64,000 nucleotides of DNA from Chloroflexota bacterium (GCA_021324795.1 JAJPIK010000084.1:15892-79891); one strand, 5' to 3'; counted from the stretch's first letter, positions 40,297-49,313 are shown. Made by a program: numbers and translations. Notes: generated by a model not told the origin, from the sequence alone.

Positions 40297-41256
40297 TTAG
40301 TACCCCGCCTTCTTGTCGACCACGTTCCGCAGCGGTTGACCGGCGACGTACCTTTGGAGATTGTCACAAAAGATGTCGACGCCGCGCTGGCGGGTCTTGT
40401 TGGTAGTCGCGCCGTTGTGCGGGGTGATGATCGTGTTCGGCGCAGTCCAGAGGGGGTGGTCCGGCGGAAGTGGCTCGATGCCTTGAACATCCAGACCCGC
40501 CCCGGCAATCCAGCCCTCGTTCAGGGCCTTGAGTACCGCGTTATCGTCGGCGATACCGCCGCGTGAGAAGGTGATGAGATAGGCGGTCGGCTTCATCGCT
40601 CGGAGCTCGGCTTCGCCGAGCATGCCGATTGTCTCCGGCGTGCGGGGAGCGGTCACGACGACGAAGTCGGACTGGGCCAGAAATTCGTGGAGACGCTCCC
40701 GGGGAAACTGCTCGTCGACGTTCGGGGTCGGTTGATTGCTGCGACGTATGCCGATGACCCGCATGTGGAACGCCTTCGCCTTGAGGGCAAGATCCTGGCC
40801 GGAGTTGCCGAGGCCAATGATCCCACAGGTCAGACCGTTCAGTTCGTCGTGGAAGAATCGGTCCCAGCGGCGCTCGGCCTGCGCCCGGATCCAGCGCAGC
40901 GCGTTGCGGTTGAGCATCAGCATGAGCATCATCGCATGCTCGGCCAACGGAATCGCGCCATTGCCTTTGCAGCTCGTGAGAATGACCGGACTCTCGATCA
41001 TTTCCGGAAAGAGTGCCTCGTCCGGTCCGGCCGCCCAGCTCTGGACCCACTTCAGCCGCTTGGCCTTGGCCAAGCCTTGGGGGGAAATCGAACCGGCCAC
41101 GACTTCGGCTTCTTCGATGTGCGCTTCTAACTCACTGCGCTTCTCAAAGTAGCGACACACCGCGCCGGGAACGGTCGCACGAATCTGCGCCATCTGGGAC
41201 TCGGGATCACTGAGCCCCGACACGAACACGACCAGGGAATGCGGGTTGCTAGACAT
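40297..41256 (-). CDS. D-isomer-specific 2-hydroxyacid dehydrogenase family protein
   Basis: GIIGLGNSGQDLA, FSRGG and ITPHNG. Confidence 0.85.
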   Translation of the reverse strand: MSSNPHSLVVFVSGLSDPESQMAQIRATVPGAVCRYFEKRSELEAHIEEAEVVAGSISPQGLAKAKRLKWVQSWAAGPDEALFPEMIESPVILTSCKGNGAIPLAEHAMMLMLMLNRNALRWIRAQAERRWDRFFHDELNGLTCGIIGLGNSGQDLALKAKAFHMRVIGIRRSNQPTPNVDEQFPRERLHEFLAQSDFVVVTAPRTPETIGMLGEAELRAMKPTAYLITFSRGGIADDNAVLKALNEGWIAGAGLDVQGIEPLPPDHPLWTAPNTIITPHNGATTNKTRQRGVDIFCDNLQRYVAGQPLRNVVDKKAGY

Positions 41257-41278
41257 CGCTTTAATCCTCCAGAACTAT

Positions 41279-41298
41279 CAAATCGAAGCAAATCGAAG
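41279..41298. repeat. Perfect tandem duplication of CAAATCGAAG
   Basis: Two adjacent identical 10-mers, 23 nt upstream of the 41256 start codon and just distal to its GGAGGA. Confidence 0.8.
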
Positions 41299-41426
41299 AG
41301 GTTCAGACGGGAGAGGACGAAGGAAACGCGACCGTTCGCCTGATCGTGCGTGGGCGCCCCGGGATGGCGCGCTCATCACCACCACTGTCCTGCCTCAGCC
41401 ATCAATTCCGCACTCATGCCCCGTTA

Positions 41427-42578
41427 CTACCCGGCGGAAATAACGCCGTTGATACTCGTCGCGAGGTCCAAAGAGTGCGCGTTCAAGTGCCAAACCGTCG
41501 ATTGACGTACTTTGAGATGCCAGGGCACGCTGATTTGCTGGGGTCCGTGGGTTACACCGGTGATCAGGTCGAGCAGCAGCTCGGCCGAAACGCGACCAAA
41601 GTCATGCCCAGAGCTGGAAACCGTGGTAAGAGCTGGATACATCGTCGTCGCGAACAAAGTGCCGCCATAGCCCACAACTGGGACGTCACGTCCCGGCTCG
41701 CGGCCCAGCTCTCGAATCGCCCGGTAGACACCAATCGCCATATAGTCATTACCAGCGAAGATCGCCGTTGGAGGATCCGGCCATGAAAGCATATCGCGCG
41801 TTACCTCGACGCTCGCTTCGTCCATCGGATAACCAACACTCGCAATGAGACTCGGATCTACCGGGGTGTTGGCCTTCCGGTGAGCGTGCTCGTAGCCGAG
41901 GCGGCGTTCATCCCAGACTCCGACTTCAGGCGGTCCGAGCAGCAGAGCAATGCGTCGGTGGCCAAGACCAAGTAAATGGGTGGTGGCTGCTTCGGCGCCA
42001 CTCGTGTCATCAGAATACACGCAGCTTGCTCGACCGGGCGGAAGGAACCGCTTGATTACCACGTAAGGCAAACCCGTCGCGTCGAGAGCTTGGAGAACGT
42101 CCTCGGTAAAGTCCCGAGCGAGCCGGACGAGCAGTCCGTTCAGTTGCGTGACCGTCGGCGTTGCCAGAGCCACCTCTAAACGGTCATCGTCAGACAAAGG
42201 GATCGGATGAACGAGCGCGCCGCGCTGGCTCGCCGCAGCGGCCGCCCCCCCGACGAGGTCGCCAAAAGAGGTGTCGTTGCGGTGGCCAAAGGTACGCTCG
42301 CTCATTCCACCAAAAAGGAGCCCCATGACCAGCCCACGCTTCGAGGTCGCCGTGGCGACAAACGTTCCACGACCAGGCTCGCGCCGAATCAAGCCTTCGG
42401 CTTCGAGCTCATCGAGCGCCTGGCGTACAGTAATTCGGCTGACGCCATAGGTACGACCAAGCGCTGGCTCGGATTGCAGTGATACTCCCGGTGGAAGCTC
42501 GCCGCTCATAATCTGACGCTGAACGATGTTCTTCAATTGCACGTAGAGCGGCACAAAGCTTCGACGATCGATCTTCAC
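41427..42578 (-). CDS. AraR-type regulator: GntR-family wHTH fused to a LacI/PBP1-type sugar-binding core
   Basis: N-terminus YVQLKNIVQRQIMSGELPPG...YGVSRITVRQALDELEAEGLIRREPGRGTFV, and a C-terminal periplasmic-binding-like fold (IFAGNDYMAIGVYRAIRELG). Confidence 0.8.
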   Translation of the reverse strand: MKIDRRSFVPLYVQLKNIVQRQIMSGELPPGVSLQSEPALGRTYGVSRITVRQALDELEAEGLIRREPGRGTFVATATSKRGLVMGLLFGGMSERTFGHRNDTSFGDLVGGAAAAASQRGALVHPIPLSDDDRLEVALATPTVTQLNGLLVRLARDFTEDVLQALDATGLPYVVIKRFLPPGRASCVYSDDTSGAEAATTHLLGLGHRRIALLLGPPEVGVWDERRLGYEHAHRKANTPVDPSLIASVGYPMDEASVEVTRDMLSWPDPPTAIFAGNDYMAIGVYRAIRELGREPGRDVPVVGYGGTLFATTMYPALTTVSSSGHDFGRVSAELLLDLITGVTHGPQQISVPWHLKVRQSTVWHLNAHSLDLATSINGVISAG

Positions 42579-42616
42579 CAGACTCTCCTAATCTATTGCA
42601 CGCGGTGAGACATCTC

Positions 42617-42628
42617 CTGTTATAACAG
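42617..42628. promoter_or_regulatory. Perfect 12-bp palindrome CTGTTATAACAG (candidate operator 1)
   Basis: Self-complementary. The core TGT-N4-ACA fits the generic GntR-family GT-N-AC operator. It lies in the regulator's 5' leader. Confidence 0.5.
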
Positions 42629-42698
42629 CCACACAAGTTGCGTCGCCATCCTTTGGACTTCATCCTAGACAACCACACTCTTAATGTCAACAACATTA

Positions 42699-42727
42699 TT
42701 GACATTGGTCAGACAAGCTGTTATAAC
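42699..42727 (+). promoter_or_regulatory. Promoter TTGACA-N17-TATAAC for the plus-strand operon
   Basis: The -35 is part of the 8-bp inverted repeat AATGTCAA (42683..42690) / TTGACATT (42699..42706), whose left arm reads TTGACA on the minus strand. Confidence 0.45.
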
Positions 42728-42728
42728 A
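42718..42728. promoter_or_regulatory. Second copy CTGTTATAACA (candidate operator 2) overlapping the -10
   Basis: Matches 11 of 12 positions of the 42617 palindrome and overlaps TATAAC at 42722..42727. Confidence 0.5.
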
Positions 42729-42779
42729 ACATCACCTTTCCGCCTGGCACCCAAATGAAAAACGAACGAGGACGCCTGT

Positions 42780-44075
42780 ATGTACTGGAGGGAAGTTGTC
42801 GCCAGCCTTTACGCCTGGGATCTGCTCGACGAAGGTCTCGACCACATCCTTGACTTCCTTGAAGCCGAAACGCTTACCAACTCCACCTACCTCGTCGCCC
42901 TCATGCACGATGAGAAGCGCCCCCTCACCGACTTTTATTATCCGCACAACCCCCGACGCAAGGTCTACTGGACCGAGGACTCGCGGGCTTACTGGACGCC
43001 ACGTCCCGAATCATACGAGCGCAGCCGGATCAAGCCGCGCCTGAGCGACAATGCCGAGCTGCAAGGTCGTGATTGGCTCCAAGAGCTAATCGACGGCTCG
43101 CGTCGTCGCGGCATGACCGTGGGGGCCGAGCTTTCTCACACCTGGGTCGACAAGGAGCGGACCCGCGGTGAGCTTTTGGATTGCGTGCAGCGCGACATTT
43201 ACGGCGAGCCATTCGATCAGCAGATCTGCTTCAACAACCCCGACGTGCGTGCGTACGGCATCGCCCTCTACGTCGACCTGGCCACGCATTACGATATCGA
43301 CTTTATTATGACCTGCGTGCGCGGGTTCAATCCTGGGCGGACCCACCCCTGGGCAAGCTCCTCGGCTGACGACGTTCAACGCCTGACCGGCATCACCCTT
43401 GGTGGTTGCTTCTGCGATCACTGCCGCCAGACCGCCGAGAAGCGCGGGATCAACTGGAACGCGATGGTCGACCGTCTGCGCTGGATCGCTGATGGCTACG
43501 ACCGCTACAATGCGCGCCAGGCTTTCGAGTTGAATCTGCTCTGGAATAGCAGTGCGACGCCTACCGCGCTCCTGGCCGAGATTCCCGAGCTCTACGCCTT
43601 CTTGAAGTTCCGCACGGATTCGCTCACCGAGTTCTTCGGCCAGATCTACCAGGCGGTGAAGAAGGCCAAGCCGACTATCGATATCCGCTTGAACCATTAC
43701 GCTACTTTTCCCGAGCTGATGGGACTCGATCTGAAGGGCATCGCCCAGTTCATGGACTCGGTGCGCAGCTCGGATTACAGCGAGCAGACCGGCGATCCCA
43801 AGCGCATGGAATGGAAGCGGCGCTACCTCCATAACGTCCGGCGAACGATTGGCGTAGACAAATACTTCCTCTCGGCGATCTCGCCTCGTCCGAAGGCTAC
43901 CCCAGAACTGGTGAAGCAGGGTATTCTCGTCTCGGCGCAGTGTGGCGCCGATGCCCTGACAATCGGTCACTACGATGGCTCCTGGCTGAATTGTCTGCGC
44001 GCGATCAAGACCGGATTGGAAGAGGCCGGCATCGAGATTCGCCGCGATGTTCCCGTTCACGGTGGGAATCGTTAG
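42780..44075 (+). CDS. Hypothetical 431-aa cytoplasmic protein, possibly a TIM-barrel glycosidase-like enzyme
   Basis: Well-formed ORF with balanced composition, no signal peptide and a CFCDHC motif. The antisense ORF 43086..44240 is Arg/Gly/Ala junk. No family recognised. Confidence 0.6.
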   Translation: MYWREVVASLYAWDLLDEGLDHILDFLEAETLTNSTYLVALMHDEKRPLTDFYYPHNPRRKVYWTEDSRAYWTPRPESYERSRIKPRLSDNAELQGRDWLQELIDGSRRRGMTVGAELSHTWVDKERTRGELLDCVQRDIYGEPFDQQICFNNPDVRAYGIALYVDLATHYDIDFIMTCVRGFNPGRTHPWASSSADDVQRLTGITLGGCFCDHCRQTAEKRGINWNAMVDRLRWIADGYDRYNARQAFELNLLWNSSATPTALLAEIPELYAFLKFRTDSLTEFFGQIYQAVKKAKPTIDIRLNHYATFPELMGLDLKGIAQFMDSVRSSDYSEQTGDPKRMEWKRRYLHNVRRTIGVDKYFLSAISPRPKATPELVKQGILVSAQCGADALTIGHYDGSWLNCLRAIKTGLEEAGIEIRRDVPVHGGNR

Positions 44076-44140
44076 GGGACGGTCAGGACGGGGGCTCGGG
44101 AGACACTCCCAAATAGGAACCAGGCCGAGGAGCGTTGACG

Positions 44141-45178
44141 ATGGCAAGACTTTCCGCGGACGCACTACGTGAATTGGCAACGGCGATCCTCCGCGCGGCA
44201 GGCGCGCCCGATGCGAATGCCCGCGCGGTCGCCAATTCATTGGTGCTCAGCAACCTGCACGGGCACGACTCGCACGGCATTGCCCAGCTTCTGAGCTACA
44301 TTGGTCAGATACAGAAAGGCAGCCTTGATCCCGGCGTCAGCCCGAAGATTCTGAACGAGCGCCCGACCGCGGCATTGATCGACGGCGGGTGGGGCTTCGG
44401 CCAGGTTGCCGCAGCCTATGCGACCGAAGTGCTGATTCAAAAAGTCCGCGCGAGTGGCGTCGCGGCGGTCGGGATCCAGCGCTGCAATCACATCGGCCGG
44501 CTGGGCGAGTTCGCCGAGCAAGCCGCCAACGCTGGGATCATCGCGATGATCACTCTCTGTGGTGGCGGACGCGGCACGTCGACGGCACCTTACGGCGGCG
44601 CCGGCAAAACACTGGGAACCAATCCTTTCGCATTCGGATTGCCGGCCAAAAAGTTTCCCCCGGTTATCGTCGACTTTGCGACGACGGTCGTCGCCGGTGG
44701 CAAGATCGCCCTGGCCCGAGAAAAGGGAGAGCTTTTGCCGGAGGGCTGGCTACTCGACCGTAATGGCATGCCCACCCGCGATCCCAATGACTTCGGCAAC
44801 GGCGGCATGCTGCGCACGATGGCCGAGTACAAAGGCTTCGGCCTCTCGATGGTCGCCGAGGCGCTCGGCGGAGCCTTGACCGGTGCCACTCGCTTCGAAG
44901 AGGGCGAAAAGACCCGCAACTGCGTTTTCATGTGGGGCATCGCAACCGACATTTTTCTACCGCCCGGCGAGTATGAGCTACTCGAGGACCGGTCGATTGA
45001 GAAAATCAAGGCAACCCCACCCGCGCCGGGCTTCGAGCGAGTGATCGTGCCCGGCGAGCGAGGACGTCTTAATGCCACGCAACGCGAGCGCGAGGGGATC
45101 GAGCTGCCCGAGAGTACCTGGCAAAAGCTCGTCGGGCTAGCGGAATCCTACGGTGTCACGGCGCCGACTGCGGGCTGA
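44141..45178 (+). CDS. Ldh_2 family (malate/L-lactate/sulfolactate dehydrogenase-type) oxidoreductase
   Basis: SNLHGHDSHGI and the family-wide layout. The ATG follows GAGGAG. Confidence 0.85.
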   Translation: MARLSADALRELATAILRAAGAPDANARAVANSLVLSNLHGHDSHGIAQLLSYIGQIQKGSLDPGVSPKILNERPTAALIDGGWGFGQVAAAYATEVLIQKVRASGVAAVGIQRCNHIGRLGEFAEQAANAGIIAMITLCGGGRGTSTAPYGGAGKTLGTNPFAFGLPAKKFPPVIVDFATTVVAGGKIALAREKGELLPEGWLLDRNGMPTRDPNDFGNGGMLRTMAEYKGFGLSMVAEALGGALTGATRFEEGEKTRNCVFMWGIATDIFLPPGEYELLEDRSIEKIKATPPAPGFERVIVPGERGRLNATQREREGIELPESTWQKLVGLAESYGVTAPTAG

Positions 45179-45343
45179 TCCAGGGGCGTAGGACGACAGT
45201 AGCACTTGCCAATTCGGTCATTCCTCGCTCCTACCATCGCTCGGAATGACCTGAACCGGCAATATCCGCACATGTTCTTTCTTGATATCATGGCAACTTG
45301 GCAAAGAGGAAGTCTTGTTGGACTGGGTTCTGAGGAGGATCTG

Positions 45344-46801
45344 ATGGAGAAAATGGTAAATAGCGAAGCGACATCGCGACGATCTTTCCTTCGGTACGGA
45401 GCCATCGGCGTGGGACTTAGCCTGGTTGCACCATTGGTTGTGGCCTGTAGCTCGGCCAGCCAGCCGGCGCCGACGGCGACAAGTAGTGGATCCAGCAACG
45501 CCTCGGTCAGTAGCGCAGCACCAGCGGCAACGGCAGCAAAGCCGGCGACGACCGCTTCGGCCAGCGCGGCGACGGCAGTGCCAGCCGCTCAGTCCGGCGG
45601 CACTTCGGCCGGCCCAGCAACGGTTCGCCTTTACACGTGGACCGCTGCGGCGAACTTGCCGTCTTGGAAAGACGCGGTAGCTGCCTTCCAGAAGAAATAT
45701 CCATCGATCACGGTCAACCTGGAGTACACACCGGGCAACGAGTATTGGGATAAGCTCACTGTCGAGTACGCCGGCAACACCGCCCCCGACGTGATCTATG
45801 CCTCGCCGCCCGATGCCGAAAGGGTCGCCACCCAGGGCATGGTCCTCGACCTCAGCCAGTTGATCAAAGACAACAACTTCAACCTGTCCGACATCAATCC
45901 GGCCTCCCAAGAGGGCTATCAGTGGGGCGGGAAGATCTGGGGCATCTGCGCCTGGAACGACACGCGTTATACGATCTACAACAAGACGCTCTTCAAGAAG
46001 GCCGGCTTGCCGGACCTGCCCCAGAAGTGGGACGCCGACTTCAGCCTCGACACCTTCATTCAATATGCCCAGAAGCTGACCAATCCGTCGCAGCAGACCT
46101 GGGGCTACGTCTTCGAGGATAACCTGCACGCGGCCCACTTCTCGTGGCTCTTCGGCCAGTACTACTGGGATAGCTTCGAATATCCGACCAAGGCGGTCAT
46201 GGACAGTCCGGACGGGCAGCAAGGCTTCCAGTTCATCCAGGATATGGTTTACAAGTACAAGATCGCGCCGTCAGTTGCCGCGAACATGGGCGGCTCGGAC
46301 GCGATGTTCCAAACCGGCAAAGTTGGCATGGTTTGGGGCGGCTTCAAGAGCGCGGCGGTGATTGACAAGCCGATCAAGGACTTCGAGTGGGACATCTCGA
46401 CGATCCCGATGGGCAAGAAGCGCGTCTCCAACCTCAGTCCAAACGGATTCCAGATCGTGTCCAAGACGAAGGTTCCCGACCAAGCCTGGAAGCTGGTCGA
46501 GTTCGACACGGCGGATCAAGGGAACGAGCTCATGACCAGGGCAACGTCGATGCCGGCAAATCGCAAGATCGACTTCAACAAGGTCTCTCCCTTGCAGCCA
46601 TGGCAGAATCAGTTACTTCTCGATGCGCTCAACGGCGGTTGGCCCGACACCCCGCACCCGAACATCAAGCCCGAGTTCTGGACGATCATGACCAACGAGA
46701 TGGAAGCCCTAATGGCCAACACGAAGAGTGGCGCCGACGCGGCAAAGGCGATGGCCCAACAGATCAACGCCAAGTTCCAGCCCTACGTCGTGCCCAAGTA
46801 G
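45344..46801 (+). CDS. Sugar ABC transporter substrate-binding lipoprotein (family 1, CUT1 type)
   Basis: Tat-like SRRSFLRYG, lipobox VVAC, a Ser/Ala/Thr linker and an SBP_bac_1-like body. The ATG follows GAGGAGG. Confidence 0.85.
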   Translation: MEKMVNSEATSRRSFLRYGAIGVGLSLVAPLVVACSSASQPAPTATSSGSSNASVSSAAPAATAAKPATTASASAATAVPAAQSGGTSAGPATVRLYTWTAAANLPSWKDAVAAFQKKYPSITVNLEYTPGNEYWDKLTVEYAGNTAPDVIYASPPDAERVATQGMVLDLSQLIKDNNFNLSDINPASQEGYQWGGKIWGICAWNDTRYTIYNKTLFKKAGLPDLPQKWDADFSLDTFIQYAQKLTNPSQQTWGYVFEDNLHAAHFSWLFGQYYWDSFEYPTKAVMDSPDGQQGFQFIQDMVYKYKIAPSVAANMGGSDAMFQTGKVGMVWGGFKSAAVIDKPIKDFEWDISTIPMGKKRVSNLSPNGFQIVSKTKVPDQAWKLVEFDTADQGNELMTRATSMPANRKIDFNKVSPLQPWQNQLLLDALNGGWPDTPHPNIKPEFWTIMTNEMEALMANTKSGADAAKAMAQQINAKFQPYVVPK

Positions 46802-46863
46802 GTTTTCGTAAGGATGAAGGGACGAGAAGAAGACAGGTAGACTAATGACCGGCGAGGACAAAA

Positions 46864-47823
46864 ATGGCGGCATCCGCGACCTTTTCACGCGCCCCGGCGT
46901 CCGGGCAGCCGCGTCGCTGGCTGGGGTTAACCCGGCTCGAGCGACGTGAAGCCCTCTTGTTCTATTTATTGATCTCGCCCTGGCTAATCAATTTCCTGGT
47001 GCTTTCCCTGGGGCCAGTGATCAGCGCCCTGTATCTCAGCTTGACCAAATATGACATCGTCAATCCGCCAATCTTCGTCGGTCTCGCCAACTACGAGCAG
47101 CTCTTTGCAGGTGATCCGCTCTTCCTCAAGTCGTTACAGGTGACGGCGATCTGGGTTTTCGCCGGGGTCCCCTTGCGACTGATCGTAGCGCTGATCTTCG
47201 CGGTCCTGCTCAATCAAAAGATCTTTGGCATCGGCTTCTTCCGCACGGTGTACTATCTTCCCTCGGTCGTCTCAGGCGTCGCGGTCGCCTTGCTTTGGAT
47301 CTGGGTCCTGCAGCCGCAATTTGGTCTGTTGAACTACTTTTTGCGAATGGTTGGTCTGACCGGCCCTGACTGGCTGTCGAGTCCGACCTGGGCACTCCCC
47401 GGATTCATCGTGATGAGCCTCTGGAGCACCGGCGCAACGATGATCATCTTCCTGGCTGGATTGCAGGGAATTCCTCTCGACCTCTACGAAGCCGCGTCGA
47501 TGGACGGAGCTGGCCGCATCCGGCAATTTTTCGCGATCACGGTCCCAATGATCACACCGGTCATCCTGTTCAATCTTGTCATCCAGATCATCAACTCCTT
47601 CCAGGTCTTCACCCAGGCGTTTATCATGACCAACGGGGGACCGGTGAACGCGACCCTGTTCTACGTCCTCCTGCTCTATCGGGTCGCCTTCCAGTACAAT
47701 CAGATGGGCTATGCTTCGGCAATGGCCTGGATCCTCTTTATCATTATCCTCGCCCTGACAGCGCTCGTCTTCCGCTCGTCCGGGCGCTGGGTCCATTACG
47801 AAGGGGGAGTGAAAGGCCGATGA
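46864..47823 (+). CDS. Sugar ABC transporter permease (MalF/UgpA-like)
   Basis: 6 TM segments and EAA loop EAASMDGAGRIRQFFAITVP. Confidence 0.88.
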   Translation: MAASATFSRAPASGQPRRWLGLTRLERREALLFYLLISPWLINFLVLSLGPVISALYLSLTKYDIVNPPIFVGLANYEQLFAGDPLFLKSLQVTAIWVFAGVPLRLIVALIFAVLLNQKIFGIGFFRTVYYLPSVVSGVAVALLWIWVLQPQFGLLNYFLRMVGLTGPDWLSSPTWALPGFIVMSLWSTGATMIIFLAGLQGIPLDLYEAASMDGAGRIRQFFAITVPMITPVILFNLVIQIINSFQVFTQAFIMTNGGPVNATLFYVLLLYRVAFQYNQMGYASAMAWILFIIILALTALVFRSSGRWVHYEGGVKGR

Positions 47824-48713
47824 GGGCAGCAGCCGAAGTCGTCACCAAGGCCAAGACGCGACGTCAGGCTGGACTCGGCATGCACCGCGTCGCCCAGATC
47901 ACCAAGCTGATCGCCTTCCTCATTCTGCTGGCCGGCGCGATCACCATGATCGTGCCGTTCATCTGGATGTTCGACACGTCGGTCAAGACCCCCGGCGAGA
48001 TCTTTCTCTATCCACCACGCTGGATTCCGAGCGAATGGCGCTGGCAGAATTACAGCGAAGCGCTCACTGTGCTCCCGTTTGGGCAGTGGTTCTTCAATAC
48101 TACCTACATCACCTTGGTTGCTTCGCTCGGCCAGGTTCTTTCAGCTTCACTCGTCGGTTACGCGTTCGCGCGACTACGCGCGCCGGGTCGGGATTTCCTC
48201 TTCATTATGGTGATCAGCACGATGCTCCTGCCGGAGCAAGTCACGATGGTGCCAGTCTTCCTGATCTTCCGCTCGCTGAACTGGATTGACACCTGGAATC
48301 CGCTGATTGTCCCGGCCTGGCTCGGCGGCGGTGCTTTTTTCATTTTCCTCTGCCGCCAGTTCTTCATGACGATCCCACTCGAGCTCGACGACGCCGCGAA
48401 GATCGATGGCTGCGGTACCCTGCGCATCTTCTGGCAGATCATCCTGCCGCTCTCGAAACCAGTGCTCGCCGCGGTGACCGTCTTCTCGGTCGTCGGCCGC
48501 TGGAATGAGTTTCTTTATCCGGTGATCTACCTCAACTCTCAGGAGAAATACGTCGTCTCGATCGGTCTGCGTCTCTTCCGTGACCTCGACACGACCTCGT
48601 GGAACTGGCTGATGGCTGCCTCGGTAGTGACGATGCTACCATGTCTGGCCATCTTTTTCTTCGCGCAAAAGTTATTCGTGCAAGGGATCGCGACGACCGG
48701 AATCAAGGGGTAG
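47820..48713 (+). CDS. Sugar ABC transporter permease (MalG/UgpE-like)
   Basis: EAA loop DDAAKIDGCGTLRIFWQIILP. Overlaps the upstream gene as ATGA. Confidence 0.88.
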   Translation: MRAAAEVVTKAKTRRQAGLGMHRVAQITKLIAFLILLAGAITMIVPFIWMFDTSVKTPGEIFLYPPRWIPSEWRWQNYSEALTVLPFGQWFFNTTYITLVASLGQVLSASLVGYAFARLRAPGRDFLFIMVISTMLLPEQVTMVPVFLIFRSLNWIDTWNPLIVPAWLGGGAFFIFLCRQFFMTIPLELDDAAKIDGCGTLRIFWQIILPLSKPVLAAVTVFSVVGRWNEFLYPVIYLNSQEKYVVSIGLRLFRDLDTTSWNWLMAASVVTMLPCLAIFFFAQKLFVQGIATTGIKG

Positions 48714-48728
48714 GTTGTTTTCTCAACT

Positions 48729-48803
48729 CCTAACCTCTTCCCCACTACCCGAGGGGAAGAGACAGGAGAACTCCCTCTCCTCTGAGAGAAGGTTAGGGTG
48801 AGG
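48729..48803. repeat. Compound palindromic element (copy B plus an inverted partial copy), MITE/REP-like
   Basis: Stems: 48729..48736 with 48790..48797 (CCTAACCT/AGGTTAGG), and 48735..48743 with 48753..48761 (CTCTTCCCC/GGGGAAGAG). The core CCCTCTCCTCTGAGAGAAGGTTAGGGTGAGG lies at 48773..48803. Confidence 0.55.
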
Positions 48804-48849
48804 ACTGTGCCTTCGCTTATCACTACCGTACAGATTCAGGAGGCTAAGC

Positions 48850-49278
48850 ATGTCAGGCGCCGACAAGCGCTTTGTTTCCCCGGACGATGTCGAAACGCAG
48901 ATGTTCGACTGGGGAACGATCAAGTGGCTGAGTGAGCCACGCGTCACCAACGCCAAGCAGATCACAGCCGGGCTGGTTATCCTCGAGCCGGGGAAGGGAC
49001 ATACTCGCCACAACCATCCTGGCGTCGAGGAGATCCTCTACGTGGTCTCGGGGACCGGCGTTCAGATGGTCGAAGACGCGGAGGGACACCCGATGCGCAA
49101 GACCGTTACCACGGGCGACCTGGTACAGATTCCGGCCGACGTATATCACGAGACGATCAATACTGGCTGGGAGCCTATGCGGATCCTCGCCGTTTACTCG
49201 CCTCCGGGTCCCGAGGCCTTTCTCCGCGCCTTACCTGATTGCCGGATCATCCCCGCGGGCGAGATTCCCCGTCGATAG
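48850..49278 (+). CDS. Cupin-domain protein
   Basis: Cupin motif 1 GKGHTRHNHPGVEEILYV and motif 2 IPADVYHETIN. The ATG follows CAGGAGG. Confidence 0.8.
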   Translation: MSGADKRFVSPDDVETQMFDWGTIKWLSEPRVTNAKQITAGLVILEPGKGHTRHNHPGVEEILYVVSGTGVQMVEDAEGHPMRKTVTTGDLVQIPADVYHETINTGWEPMRILAVYSPPGPEAFLRALPDCRIIPAGEIPRR

Positions 49279-49313
49279 TGGTTACTAACTAAGCATAAGC
49301 GAGGAAGACCGCG

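Noticed and set aside
43086-44240. 384-aa ORF antisense to the 42780..44075 gene
   Set aside because: The composition is junk-like (Arg/Gly/Ala/Pro runs), whereas the plus-strand protein has a balanced composition and a good start context.
45218-46222. 334-aa ORF antisense to the sugar-binding-protein gene. Similar shadow ORFs occur at 12890..13654, 17155..17940, 59508..60353, 60567..61424 and 62647..63384.
   Set aside because: All are Arg-rich antisense shadows of genes with clear family signatures.
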